A DNA stretch of 40,095 nt from a virus. Below are positions 23,268 to 32,134 of this stretch, one piece after another. Both the position numbers and the translations under genes were made by a program. Numbering within the stretch: position 1 is the stretch's first letter; each line of letters begins with the position of its first letter. The notes beneath the pieces are model-generated. The model worked only from the letters and a program-made list of their open reading frames with translations, did not search any database and was not told where the DNA came from. The DNA is taken from positions 1 to 40,095 of IMG/VR virus record IMGVR_UViG_3300038701_001365; one strand, 5' to 3'.

Positions 23268-25591
23268 TGTCTTTAACAAATGAAGAACAAATGGAATTAG
23301 ATCAGTTAGAATCTGAACTAGGTAATGACACTGCCTCAAAGGCGGGTCTCACTGCATCTGAACAGGCAGAACTAGAAACATTAGAAAAGGAGGTAGGACA
23401 AGCCGTACCTCAACAACCTGTAGAAGAAGACACTAATTTAGCTATGGAAACAGGGGCTACATTGTTAGCGGCCTCCAGAAAAGTAGCTAAAGGTTTTATA
23501 CCTTTTAATAACCAAGCGAGCGCAGCACTTGCTACGGGATTAGATTATGTTACTGACCCGGTGTTCGACGCTATATTAGGTACTAGCACAACTCCAAGTA
23601 CTTTCGGAGAAAAATACAGTAGAAATATAGAGTTGATAAGAGAGCAGGAGGAGGCTGATAATGAAAGACTAGGTTTAGCTGGCACTGCACTAGAAATAAC
23701 TGGAGCAGCAGTAGGCTTGGGTAAACTTTCAAAGGCCCTAGGCCTTAGTAGCAAAGGTGCTTTAAATATAGCTAAAACTGGTCTAGTAGACGCTGTATAT
23801 GCGGGTATATCTTATACTGATTCAAAAGGATATGACAAAGATACTATGGAAGTAATGAAGATGGGGGGAGGCATGTCAGTCGCCGCTCAAGTAGCTATGG
23901 GACCCTTAGGCAGATTAGCTAAAGGGGTAGGTAAAGTGGGCTCCGCCTTGTTAGGGAAAACAGACGAAGCTTTGTTAGGGGCTAACGTAGCTAGATACGC
24001 AGATAAAACTGCGGAAGGCATCCGGTCCGTAAAAATGTCGCACGGTGATGACGCGGTTATAAAGAGTATGAAAGAACTAGATATGATGAATCCAGACTTC
24101 GCCAACGATATACCTAAACATAAAGAGCATGTGAGAAAAGTTTTAGATGAGACAGGACAAAAAATACGCACGGCATACGAGGCTTTAGATGCCTATACAG
24201 GGGGAGTACCTGTAGACGCTACGGACCTTATAGATAAAATAAGGAGGACAGTGTACTACAGTAGAAAGTCTAGCGCAGGTAGAGAAGAGGTTATGAAAAA
24301 AGTAATGCCTGAAATAGACAACATGTTTAAAAACTCTGTCGACGGTACTTACACTGTAAAGACAGTGACTGACCTATTCGATACTATAACCGACATGAAT
24401 CAAGGTAATGTACTATCTAAAGTTAAGGGTAAAGATAAAGATATAGTTTTTAAGGTAATGAGAGACCAATTAAAGCACTCTAGATCTAAGGTATCTGCGC
24501 AACTAGAAATGGGTGTAGCCCAATCTAAGAGAATGGAGGAACTAGCTGTAAATAAAGAAGCTTTAGAAGAATATCTTAAGGTGGCTACCAAGAATTCGGA
24601 AGACTCTGTACCTTTAATTAAAAAAAGAATAGAAGATGTCGGTAAGAATATAGCTGAGCTTGAGAAAATGGGTGTAACACCTAATGTAAACGAAAGCGCG
24701 GCTAAGGTTATTAGGGACCCAGAATCTATAGGGTTCGTATTAGAAAGTTTAGAAAAAAATAATGAAAAGTTTTCTAGATTATCTGAATTTAATAAGAAGG
24801 TTTTATCTAATACTCTACCTACGACTACAGGCGGTTACATGGTAAACGCTCTTAGGAAACTAGCTACGCCTAAAGCTATAGCAGGCGTCCTTGCGGGTAA
24901 TGCTCTAGGGGGACCATTAGGAGGAGCAGCAGCAGCAGGTGTGGTAGGATTAGGTTCTAAGTCTGCGTCTAAAATGGGGGCTATAGTAGAGTCATACGCA
25001 AGGCAAACAAAAGAGGAGACTGTTAGACAAGGGTTACTTAAAATGGGAGACTTCTTTAAAAGTACTGCCCAATACAACACTGACCCTGTATTTAGAGGCC
25101 TATCCGCGGTAGTAGCAAAAAACTTAGGTAGTGACGAGGCTAGCGCAGATGAATCTTGGGTTAACATAAACTCAGCTATGTCCAAAGCCAAATTATACAC
25201 TAATCCCCTAGAGAGAGATAACGATTCAGTTATAAATAACTTTGATGATATAATGGCTATAGCTGCCAAAGATTCTCCTGCGTTAGCAGAGAGTTTAGCC
25301 AATGCTATGAACAATCAAGAAGATATGGGACCCTTTATGGACGAGCTATCTAAGAGCCCTGAAATGGCTAAGTTTTTTAAAGCTGGTTTAGGCTGGGGAG
25401 GTAAAGTATATTCTGAAGAAGATAAAGCCATGATAGTAAATGAGATTCAAAGTCAATTAGACGTACCTTCTGTGGTAAAATCTCAGTATATAGCAAATGT
25501 ATTAAGTACTGGAGAGATACCAGACATGAACTCTATACCTAGAAGAGAGCGCGTACAGTATGTCCCTAGGGACAGAAATAAGGTAAGGTAA
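23267..25591 (+). CDS. Large internal-virion / ejection-type protein
   Basis: 774 aa. Gly/Ala-rich hydrophobic segments. Last large gene of the virion operon. Confidence 0.5.
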   Translation: MSLTNEEQMELDQLESELGNDTASKAGLTASEQAELETLEKEVGQAVPQQPVEEDTNLAMETGATLLAASRKVAKGFIPFNNQASAALATGLDYVTDPVFDAILGTSTTPSTFGEKYSRNIELIREQEEADNERLGLAGTALEITGAAVGLGKLSKALGLSSKGALNIAKTGLVDAVYAGISYTDSKGYDKDTMEVMKMGGGMSVAAQVAMGPLGRLAKGVGKVGSALLGKTDEALLGANVARYADKTAEGIRSVKMSHGDDAVIKSMKELDMMNPDFANDIPKHKEHVRKVLDETGQKIRTAYEALDAYTGGVPVDATDLIDKIRRTVYYSRKSSAGREEVMKKVMPEIDNMFKNSVDGTYTVKTVTDLFDTITDMNQGNVLSKVKGKDKDIVFKVMRDQLKHSRSKVSAQLEMGVAQSKRMEELAVNKEALEEYLKVATKNSEDSVPLIKKRIEDVGKNIAELEKMGVTPNVNESAAKVIRDPESIGFVLESLEKNNEKFSRLSEFNKKVLSNTLPTTTGGYMVNALRKLATPKAIAGVLAGNALGGPLGGAAAAGVVGLGSKSASKMGAIVESYARQTKEETVRQGLLKMGDFFKSTAQYNTDPVFRGLSAVVAKNLGSDEASADESWVNINSAMSKAKLYTNPLERDNDSVINNFDDIMAIAAKDSPALAESLANAMNNQEDMGPFMDELSKSPEMAKFFKAGLGWGGKVYSEEDKAMIVNEIQSQLDVPSVVKSQYIANVLSTGEIPDMNSIPRRERVQYVPRDRNKVR

Positions 25592-25593
25592 TT

Positions 25594-25980
25594 ATGGGAT
25601 TATTCAGTTGGATAAAATCAATATTTACACCTGTAGACAGTATACTTAAAACTATAGATGTTTCTGGTAACGATAGGAAGAAACTAGAGAACGCATTCGC
25701 ACAAATGCAAGCTGATGTATATGCAGGGGCTATAGATATAGAGAAGTCGAAAATGGAGGCATATACTAAATTAGTGGCGGCAGAGTCACAATCCCCTCAT
25801 TGGATAGCAGCTAACTGGAGACCTATAGCCTCACTATCTTTAGTGATGTTATCTACATATCTATGTTACATGTTAGGTGATATAGAGGCAATAATAGACT
25901 TAACTAAGATAATCGTGGGAGGCCATGTAGGAGGTAGATCTTTAGAGAAAGTAGCCGCCGCATTGAAGTTAGGTAAATAG
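25594..25980 (+). CDS. Holin-like membrane protein (GTA-type 3TM holin-like)
   Basis: Coiled N-terminal half, then ...ESQSPHWIAANWRPIASLSLVMLSTYLCYML, which resembles the WRP-containing TM region of that family. Confidence 0.4.
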   Translation: MGLFSWIKSIFTPVDSILKTIDVSGNDRKKLENAFAQMQADVYAGAIDIEKSKMEAYTKLVAAESQSPHWIAANWRPIASLSLVMLSTYLCYMLGDIEAIIDLTKIIVGGHVGGRSLEKVAAALKLGK

Positions 25981-25981
25981 T

Positions 25982-26010
25982 TTGTGTAGTAGTAATTAAA
26001 GGTATATAAT
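25982..26010 (+). promoter_or_regulatory. sigma70 promoter (TTGTGT-N17-TATAAT) giving a probably leaderless mRNA for ORF 26016
   Basis: The -10 element ends 5 nt before the ATG. No SD is present. Confidence 0.4.
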
Positions 26011-26015
26011 AAGTT

Positions 26016-26624
26016 ATGTTAGAAATTATAATAGAAGATTTTTGTAGGTTAGTAAAAGAGAAGCGAAAGCAGAATTTATATAAATGCTTGTTGTGCGGTA
26101 CTAATAAAGTAATAACGGAGAAAGCTGTGAAATCCGGTAACACTAGGTCTTGCGGTTGTTTACATAAACAAAAACTAATAGATCGGAATACTACGCACGG
26201 AGGTAGATACGATAAAGAATACTCTATATGGTGCAACGTTAAAAAAAGGTGCTATAATAAGAATTCGCAGTTTTATTATAGATACGGCGGTAGAGGTATA
26301 GTTATGTGCGATAAATGGAAAAATGATTATAGACAGTTTTTAGCTGATATGGGGCGTATACCTAAGGATAAAACATCGATAGGCAGGATAGATAATGACG
26401 GTATTTATGAGCCAGGTAACTGTAGGTGGATTACTCATGTCAAAAACTGTAATAATAGGTCCACTTCTAGGAGAATATTCGATTATAAGGGAAAGAAGTA
26501 CACCATTACCGAGTTACAAAGATTAGGGGGCTTCAAGCAGGGTACTCTCCAAGAAAGGGTTAAGAATGGTTGGGATATTGAAAGAGCTATGGACACTCCT
26601 GTCAAGAAATATAAGTATAAGTAG
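26016..26624 (+). CDS. HNH-like homing-endonuclease-family protein (paralog 1, long form with Cys finger)
   Basis: CLLCG...SCGCL finger plus YGGRGI.MCD.W....F..DMG....SIGRIDNDGIYEPGNCRW. Confidence 0.65.
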   Translation: MLEIIIEDFCRLVKEKRKQNLYKCLLCGTNKVITEKAVKSGNTRSCGCLHKQKLIDRNTTHGGRYDKEYSIWCNVKKRCYNKNSQFYYRYGGRGIVMCDKWKNDYRQFLADMGRIPKDKTSIGRIDNDGIYEPGNCRWITHVKNCNNRSTSRRIFDYKGKKYTITELQRLGGFKQGTLQERVKNGWDIERAMDTPVKKYKYK

Positions 26625-26661
26625 CGCCATGTTTTTACATTACTATACAAAAAATAAATAG

Positions 26662-26976
26662 TTATTTACCCAACTCTTTTGACCTATTATTAGCCTGTTG
26701 CTTCCAATCTTCCCACCTACAGTTACCTGGCTCATAGTTGCCATTGTTATCTATTCTATCTAGCTCTAGACCGTCTCTGTAAAACTCTCCCATATCTTCC
26801 CAGAACCCTACAAAATCTAGCCAATCATCGCAAACAGTTATACCGCGGCCACCATATAATTTATAATTAGTATTATTTTTATTAAGGCACCTCATTTTCA
26901 TGCAAGTCCATATTTTATAAGGCCGTGTACGCGACATACCGTGCCTCATATTTTTAGTTAAAATCGGGATTTCCAT
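26662..26976 (-). CDS. HNH-like homing-endonuclease-family protein (paralog 2, short form)
   Basis: YKIW..MK.RC....YGGRGITVCDDW..F..F..DMG....LDRIDNNGNYEPGNCRW. SD GGAGGA before ATG 26976. Confidence 0.65.
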   Translation of the reverse strand: MEIPILTKNMRHGMSRTRPYKIWTCMKMRCLNKNNTNYKLYGGRGITVCDDWLDFVGFWEDMGEFYRDGLELDRIDNNGNYEPGNCRWEDWKQQANNRSKELGK

Positions 26977-27433
26977 GTTTATCCTCCAGGTAGGCTAACA
27001 TAGCTACATTGGCAGCTATATGGTCTAAGTGACGTAGTCCAGACTCACTATCAAACTCCTCTCCTGAAATAATTGCAAAGGTATGTCTTAGTAGAGCTGC
27101 ATATACTCTCTTCAAGTCTTCTTTTTTAAAACCTTTATAACCATTTCTAGTGTACTTACATGCGCCAAATCCTAGAGCCCTTGCTATAGCATTGACGGCT
27201 AACGGATGTACAAGAGATAAATCAGGTTTACCTTCATCAAACTTAGTAGCACCGACCTCTTCTGGTCCGACAGGGCGTAAATCGACCGCATAGAAATAAT
27301 AATTGTCATCAAAAGAGCTACTAGCTACTTCATAATAGTAATTCCCTACTGGGCTAGGCCTTCTACCTACCACACTTGTTACCTCTCCCGTAGACTTTAT
27401 AACTACTCTATCCCCTATTTCAAACTTGACCAT
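26954..27433 (-). CDS. dATP/dGTP pyrophosphohydrolase-like (DUF5664/MazZ-like) protein with an extra N-terminal small beta domain
   Basis: KFDEGKPDLSL....A.ALGFGACKY......RHTFAIISGEEFDSESGLRHLDHIAANVAMLAYL fits the family signature (K.D.GK...L....GA.KY....RH....GE..D.ESG..H..H...N). Confidence 0.6.
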   Translation of the reverse strand: MVKFEIGDRVVIKSTGEVTSVVGRRPSPVGNYYYEVASSSFDDNYYFYAVDLRPVGPEEVGATKFDEGKPDLSLVHPLAVNAIARALGFGACKYTRNGYKGFKKEDLKRVYAALLRHTFAIISGEEFDSESGLRHLDHIAANVAMLAYLEDKHGNPDFN

Positions 27434-27691
27434 CTATTCTCCTTTTATTAATTTAACTTCTAATTTATACCATAAAATAACTAAACAAAACACACAGTTT
27501 ATACCATAATTGAATAGTAGTGGCCATGCAAATTGGTCTTGTAATATATAAATGAGTGTACATATTTCTCCTGTAGTCCACATTAAGATAAAACCCCAAG
27601 AAATACCTCTAGAGTGCTTATCATTAAAAGATTTATAAGCTTGGGGTATAGAACAGAAGGCTAGTAATAAACTACCTAGCCACCCCAACAC
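27434..27691 (-). CDS. PQ-loop (SemiSWEET-like) 3-TM membrane protein
   Basis: 85 aa. LLLAFCSIPQAYKSF PQ motif in TM1, followed by two more TM segments. GTG start. Confidence 0.5.
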   Translation of the reverse strand: MLGWLGSLLLAFCSIPQAYKSFNDKHSRGISWGFILMWTTGEICTLIYILQDQFAWPLLFNYGINCVFCLVILWYKLEVKLIKGE

Positions 27692-27852
27692 TATTCACCT
27701 ACCTTATAGCAATTAGCCTCTCTCACTCTATCCTCTATTCTTAAAGAATCTGCTATACCTCTACATATTTTCATGGACTGTATATTCCCTATAATTTCTA
27801 CGTTACCGCGTTCGGGCGTACTAGTGACAAGTACTATTATTAAATAAATCAT
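27691..27852 (-). CDS. 53-aa protein with hydrophobic N-terminus (lysis-cassette accessory?)
   Basis: Not in the ORF track. ATG 27852 directly abuts the endolysin stop. Its own stop overlaps the GTG start of the PQ-loop gene by 1 nt. Confidence 0.35.
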   Translation of the reverse strand: MIYLIIVLVTSTPERGNVEIIGNIQSMKICRGIADSLRIEDRVREANCYKVGE

Positions 27853-28443
27853 TTAACCTACCCAACGGGCCTTAGAACCCCTGCTATCTATATGGATGAA
27901 GCCCTTACCGGGGTATGTACCTAAACCGTCGAACATGCTTTCAGCTAAGGCTGTTACACGCGCTAGACTTTCTTCTAAGGGTACTATATCTGTAGCTGTA
28001 CCGTTACGGTGCTGACTTTTTTTAGAGCCTCCTACAGCCTTGTTATGGGCCTCACATCTATATGCGCTAGTGATCTTTAACTTACCCACCTTATCCCTAA
28101 GTCTTTGTAGTTTTTCTATGTGACCTTTATCTACTATAGTTGTTTTACAATCGTCTCTACCGCACTTACATTCAAATTCACTTAAATGAAAGTTTTTAGA
28201 TAACTGTACGTCCTCGCCTTTGTTGTATATCTTATGCACTCCTAACTCCTCTACTTTTTCTGCTTTCCATACCTCTTTGTTTTCTTTAGGTAATTTTACA
28301 AGACATTCCATTTCCTCTTCACTTAAAGTGTGTCTAGAACCGTCCTCATATTCTACTACATAAAAACCATCTTTGACAGCTATCACCTCACCGTCTAGTG
28401 ATACTGTATATCTAACTACGTCACCTAGTTTGTATTTACTCAT
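27853..28443 (-). CDS. Endolysin, peptidase M15 (zinc D,D-/L,D-peptidase) family
   Basis: HLSEFECKCG...ITSAYRCEAHNKAVGGSKKSQHRNGTATDI...FIHID. Start trimmed to ATG 28443 (SD GGAGGA). Confidence 0.8.
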   Translation of the reverse strand: MSKYKLGDVVRYTVSLDGEVIAVKDGFYVVEYEDGSRHTLSEEEMECLVKLPKENKEVWKAEKVEELGVHKIYNKGEDVQLSKNFHLSEFECKCGRDDCKTTIVDKGHIEKLQRLRDKVGKLKITSAYRCEAHNKAVGGSKKSQHRNGTATDIVPLEESLARVTALAESMFDGLGTYPGKGFIHIDSRGSKARWVG

Positions 28444-28733
28444 TAGTCCTCCTCGTAAGGGTCTTGCATCCTTTTCCATATTGATTCAGAAAAGCATGAT
28501 ATGGTATCAGGGTTAGTTAATACCTCAAACTCTTTGAAGAATTGTTCTTTAGATATATTAAAATCCTTATCTATAACTTCAACTTCTTCTAGAGCTTCTT
28601 CTGAGTTCAACGGCACCCATTTGACGATACCTCTAAACATACCGGACCCTTCGTGGGTCTTAATACTGATCACTAGTCCCCCTACGTTAGGGGTGTTTAT
28701 ATTTCTAATGATCTTACCTTTTAGTTCGGTCAT
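28443..28733 (-). CDS. Hypothetical protein
   Basis: ORF track. Translationally coupled to its neighbours. Confidence 0.55.
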   Translation of the reverse strand: MTELKGKIIRNINTPNVGGLVISIKTHEGSGMFRGIVKWVPLNSEEALEEVEVIDKDFNISKEQFFKEFEVLTNPDTISCFSESIWKRMQDPYEED

Positions 28734-28735
28734 AA

Positions 28736-28891
28736 TTACCTTTCTACAACTAGGCCACAGTATATCTTATCGTCTACCTTTACACAACTTATTTCAGGCG
28801 TGACGGCCATAGTCCCTAGATAAAATCCTGCGAAATATGCTACACATATGTATAAAGAGATTCTCCAAAAAGGTACTAAAATGTTATCCAT
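28736..28891 (-). CDS. 51-aa membrane protein
   Basis: Not in the ORF track. TAATG coupling to the upstream small ORF. TM segment WRISLYICVAYFAGFYLG. Confidence 0.45.
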   Translation of the reverse strand: MDNILVPFWRISLYICVAYFAGFYLGTMAVTPEISCVKVDDKIYCGLVVER

Positions 28892-29067
28892 TATTTATTC
28901 TCCCAAGGGTAAGGCTCACTCTTACATTTCTCTACATCTATATGTGTCTCATATTTATCTACACAATATGCCTCTTTAATAGGTGTCGAAACCAACCTTT
29001 TATGCGCAAAGGCCCCTAGTCCTGTAATAAGGGCAATGAGAGCTATCCAGCCTATAAAATCACTCAT
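28891..29067 (-). CDS. 58-aa membrane protein
   Basis: Not in the ORF track. ATGA coupling to the exonuclease gene. SD GGGAGG. TM segment FIGWIALIALITGLGAF. Confidence 0.45.
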   Translation of the reverse strand: MSDFIGWIALIALITGLGAFAHKRLVSTPIKEAYCVDKYETHIDVEKCKSEPYPWENK

Positions 29068-29861
29068 TTCTTACCTCCCTTAACAGATGACCCGCAATCG
29101 TTACATATAAGCCTCTTTACTGGACCTGTTTTAGTAGGGTATGAACCCCACTTCTTAATATTACTAGAACCACAGCTACCACAGTGAGTAACTTCTTTAG
29201 GTGTAGCTTTAGTTTGTCTGCCTATAACCCTATTTAAGTTAGGGTGATTTTTAATGTAGGGTAGTAATTTGAAATACACACTAGCTCCAGATTTTATGTC
29301 ACCTACATTGTAGTCTGCTAGTTCTTTTAACGACTTCTCACAACCTCTGTCTGCTTTGTGCATAGTGCCTGGTTTTAATTCTATTTTTTGGTGCTCACAA
29401 TCCAGTACCTTAGCAAGATAGGCTAGCGACTTACTTTGGAAAGATGTATACTTTTTAGCTGCTTTTAAGGTGTCTACTACAGGAGGTAAATCAACGGATG
29501 GTAGTCCGTGAAATATTAACCTAGTATTTATCTTACGTAGGTCAAAATTTGCTACATTGTGACCAACTATTAGGTCTGCCTCTTGCATTACTTCAATAAG
29601 TTCTTCTATAACACCTAGGTCATTACGAAAATCTTTATCATACTCTTCAAAATCCGAGACTTTACTAACAGTGACTTTACCTATTTTACCTTTCTTGTTG
29701 TCTAACCACGCCCAGGCAGCGCAGGTAATATACCACGGATGTAATATATCTTTATGACTAAGATAACCTACATCCCTACCTGTGTAATGGTAAACTTGGT
29801 ATACCGTTTGACTACACTCTATATCTAGGTATAGTATTTTAGGTCCTTTAGTTTTACTCAT
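29064..29861 (-). CDS. DnaQ/PolB-exo-like 3'-5' exonuclease with C-terminal zinc ribbon
   Basis: LYLDIECS, HNVANFD and YNVGDI acidic motifs. CGSCGS...CNDCGS zinc ribbon. Confidence 0.55.
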   Translation of the reverse strand: MSKTKGPKILYLDIECSQTVYQVYHYTGRDVGYLSHKDILHPWYITCAAWAWLDNKKGKIGKVTVSKVSDFEEYDKDFRNDLGVIEELIEVMQEADLIVGHNVANFDLRKINTRLIFHGLPSVDLPPVVDTLKAAKKYTSFQSKSLAYLAKVLDCEHQKIELKPGTMHKADRGCEKSLKELADYNVGDIKSGASVYFKLLPYIKNHPNLNRVIGRQTKATPKEVTHCGSCGSSNIKKWGSYPTKTGPVKRLICNDCGSSVKGGKK

Positions 29862-29863
29862 CG

Positions 29864-30061
29864 TTACCCCTTTTCTAATAACCGTTTTTTTAAATTAGCT
29901 ACAGCTCTTCCTACATCAGGTAGGGAACAATGTGATAGCCTATTGCCTTTTAATTTCTTTTTCAAAATAACCCTACTCTGTAGGCACTCTACGGTAATAA
30001 CTGTATCTCTATTTTTATCTAATCTAACTTTAGTCCTATACTGCATAATATATCCTAACAC
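29864..30061 (-). CDS. Hypothetical basic protein
   Basis: ORF track (GTG start). ATG 30046 is an alternative start. Confidence 0.4.
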   Translation of the reverse strand: MLGYIMQYRTKVRLDKNRDTVITVECLQSRVILKKKLKGNRLSHCSLPDVGRAVANLKKRLLEKG

Positions 30062-30083
30062 ATTTAAAAAAATTTTGCATTAT

Positions 30084-30422
30084 TTAATCCATATCATATT
30101 TAGTTTTTAGAAAATCTAGCATTAAGACCATATGTTTATAGGACATATAGAAAACATAGCCGCCATTAAAGAAATTCGTATGCCTACATTCTTTCATACT
30201 TTCTGGCCCGCTAACCGTACATAAAGCCTCGTATATTACGCCGTCACTATCTTCTGAGGCAAACGATACAAATAGACGTGTGCACCAGTCCTCGTTTAAG
30301 ACAGAATACTGCTCAAAATAACCGAAATTCTTACCGTCTAGCTGTACATACGTCATATCTTCGTATTCGTGCTGTAGTAATAATAGCTCTTTACTGGTGT
30401 CTAGTCCCATAATATCTATCAT
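30084..30422 (-). CDS. Hypothetical protein
   Basis: Start trimmed to ATG 30422 (ATGA overlap with the polymerase stop; SD GGGAG). Confidence 0.55.
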   Translation of the reverse strand: MIDIMGLDTSKELLLLQHEYEDMTYVQLDGKNFGYFEQYSVLNEDWCTRLFVSFASEDSDGVIYEALCTVSGPESMKECRHTNFFNGGYVFYMSYKHMVLMLDFLKTKYDMD

Positions 30423-32134
30423 AACTTCTCCCATCTATCTAACCTATGTCCGTCTACATCTATAATAACATCAGGAGCTATTACCTTACCAGCTTGTATC
30501 ATAATGTCACACGCCTCTTTATATCTGTCTGTGTTTTTATCTATCTCTATTATAGCTTCATCGTGTATCTCTGCCACAACTTTAAATCCGGCCCTTATAA
30601 GGCCATATAGAGCCGTTTTTAGCATATCGGAACCTAGCCCTTGAAACGGTGTGTTGGCTACAGCACAGTACGTAGCGTTAGCTCGCCTTCTACCTGTTCT
30701 GGTAAATACGTCACCCTCTTCACACTCTTTAAGGTAGTCTACCATTTCTGGGAAAGCGTCAAAGTACTTTTCCTTCATAACTTCCGCTTCCCATCGCTTT
30801 AAATTTAGACCATATCCCGCTGCGAACTGTATAAACGTGTCTATACCTAAGCCACCCGGAAACCCGAATACGGCAGCCTTAGCTTGCTGTCTCTCTTCTT
30901 TGGTTACGTCTTTTTGTTCTTTATTGAATAGCACGGAAGCGTAGTATCTGTGCAAATCCTCTCCCCTATTTATAGCATCTAACATAGAGCTATGTCCGTA
31001 CTTATCGTATAAGACCTGGGCTAGCATGGCGCTTTCCATGCCGGAATAATCTATTATGTAGAACTCTTTTTCTTTAGATGTTGGTACAAAACACTCTCTA
31101 ATACCTCCCGACCTAGGTACATTCTGTATATTAGGGTTACTAGAGGCTGTTCTACCAGTGTTCTGTATAGTTGTGTACGATGGGTGTATTACCTTTTCCG
31201 TTAAAGCGTTAGTGAATGATAACAACTTACTTAACTTACTATACTCCATGTAGTCTGATATAAACGGGTAATTAGAGAACGCAATTAGGTCGTCCTCTTT
31301 AGATGATATTCTATTTGATTTAGGGCTTCTAGGTAACTGATCCGCTATACCTATGTGCTCTAAAATGTTTTCATATATATCTAGAACACCCGGCCTACCT
31401 TTAATATATCCCCATAAAGCCATTCTCTGCTCTACTATACCTAGTCTGTCTCCTAATTTTGTTTTAATATTTTGTGTAGCCTCTAAGTCAACCCCTATAC
31501 CATTCTTATATATCTCTCCTAAAGCTAAGTCACCCTTCATCTGTATGTCCAAACTAAGAAGTGTGCCATGAGTGTCTATGGCAGTTATTAAGCCAAGTAG
31601 TTTCTTATACAACTTGTGTGTATATATAACGTCTAGCATGGCATATTCTATGTGCGCATCTGGTATATCGGAGACTGGTTTATCTAAGTACTCGCCGAAA
31701 GTACATCTAACAGCCTCGTCCTTATCTACAAAGATGTTAAAGAATCTCTGCATCATACCAGCTAAAGATGTACCCCTTCTAGGCACTACGCCTTCATAAC
31801 CTAAAGACCATAATTGATACATCAATTTAGTGTCTCTTACCTTATTTCTATCGTAGAATTTATATAGTAGAGACCAGCCTATTTCGTTAGCTATTACTCC
31901 CATATCAAATTTAATGTTTTGGCCTATGAGTGTCGCATGATAATTAGTTAACAGGAAAGATCTAACATCTTCTTTATTAACAATAAACGCTGATACACCG
32001 TCAAAAGCTTGAAATAGTACTAATTTATGGAGTCTTGTGTGAAAAGCTTCTACCGTTGTCTCGCAGTCTACAGTAATCTCCGGGCCCATAACCTGCCCTT
32101 TCCAGATACTTATTTTATACCCTTTTACTAACAT
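30419..32134 (-). CDS. Family A DNA polymerase with 3'-5' exonuclease domain
   Basis: Exo motifs VDCETT, NIKFD and YAMLDV. Pol motifs IIDYSGMES (A), RQQAKAAVFGFPGG (B) and EIHDE (C). Start set at ATG 32134 (SD GGAGGA). Confidence 0.9.
   Translation of the reverse strand: MLVKGYKISIWKGQVMGPEITVDCETTVEAFHTRLHKLVLFQAFDGVSAFIVNKEDVRSFLLTNYHATLIGQNIKFDMGVIANEIGWSLLYKFYDRNKVRDTKLMYQLWSLGYEGVVPRRGTSLAGMMQRFFNIFVDKDEAVRCTFGEYLDKPVSDIPDAHIEYAMLDVIYTHKLYKKLLGLITAIDTHGTLLSLDIQMKGDLALGEIYKNGIGVDLEATQNIKTKLGDRLGIVEQRMALWGYIKGRPGVLDIYENILEHIGIADQLPRSPKSNRISSKEDDLIAFSNYPFISDYMEYSKLSKLLSFTNALTEKVIHPSYTTIQNTGRTASSNPNIQNVPRSGGIRECFVPTSKEKEFYIIDYSGMESAMLAQVLYDKYGHSSMLDAINRGEDLHRYYASVLFNKEQKDVTKEERQQAKAAVFGFPGGLGIDTFIQFAAGYGLNLKRWEAEVMKEKYFDAFPEMVDYLKECEEGDVFTRTGRRRANATYCAVANTPFQGLGSDMLKTALYGLIRAGFKVVAEIHDEAIIEIDKNTDRYKEACDIMIQAGKVIAPDVIIDVDGHRLDRWEKL

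Noticed and set aside
26625-26661. Possible bidirectional terminator between the convergent arms.
   Set aside because: Only a 4-bp ATGT/ACAT stem is present, with no convincing GC-rich hairpin.
28501-29019. + strand ORFs 28501..28803 and 28837..29019.
   Set aside because: Both are antisense to translationally coupled minus-strand genes that have strong SDs. They are typical shadow ORFs.
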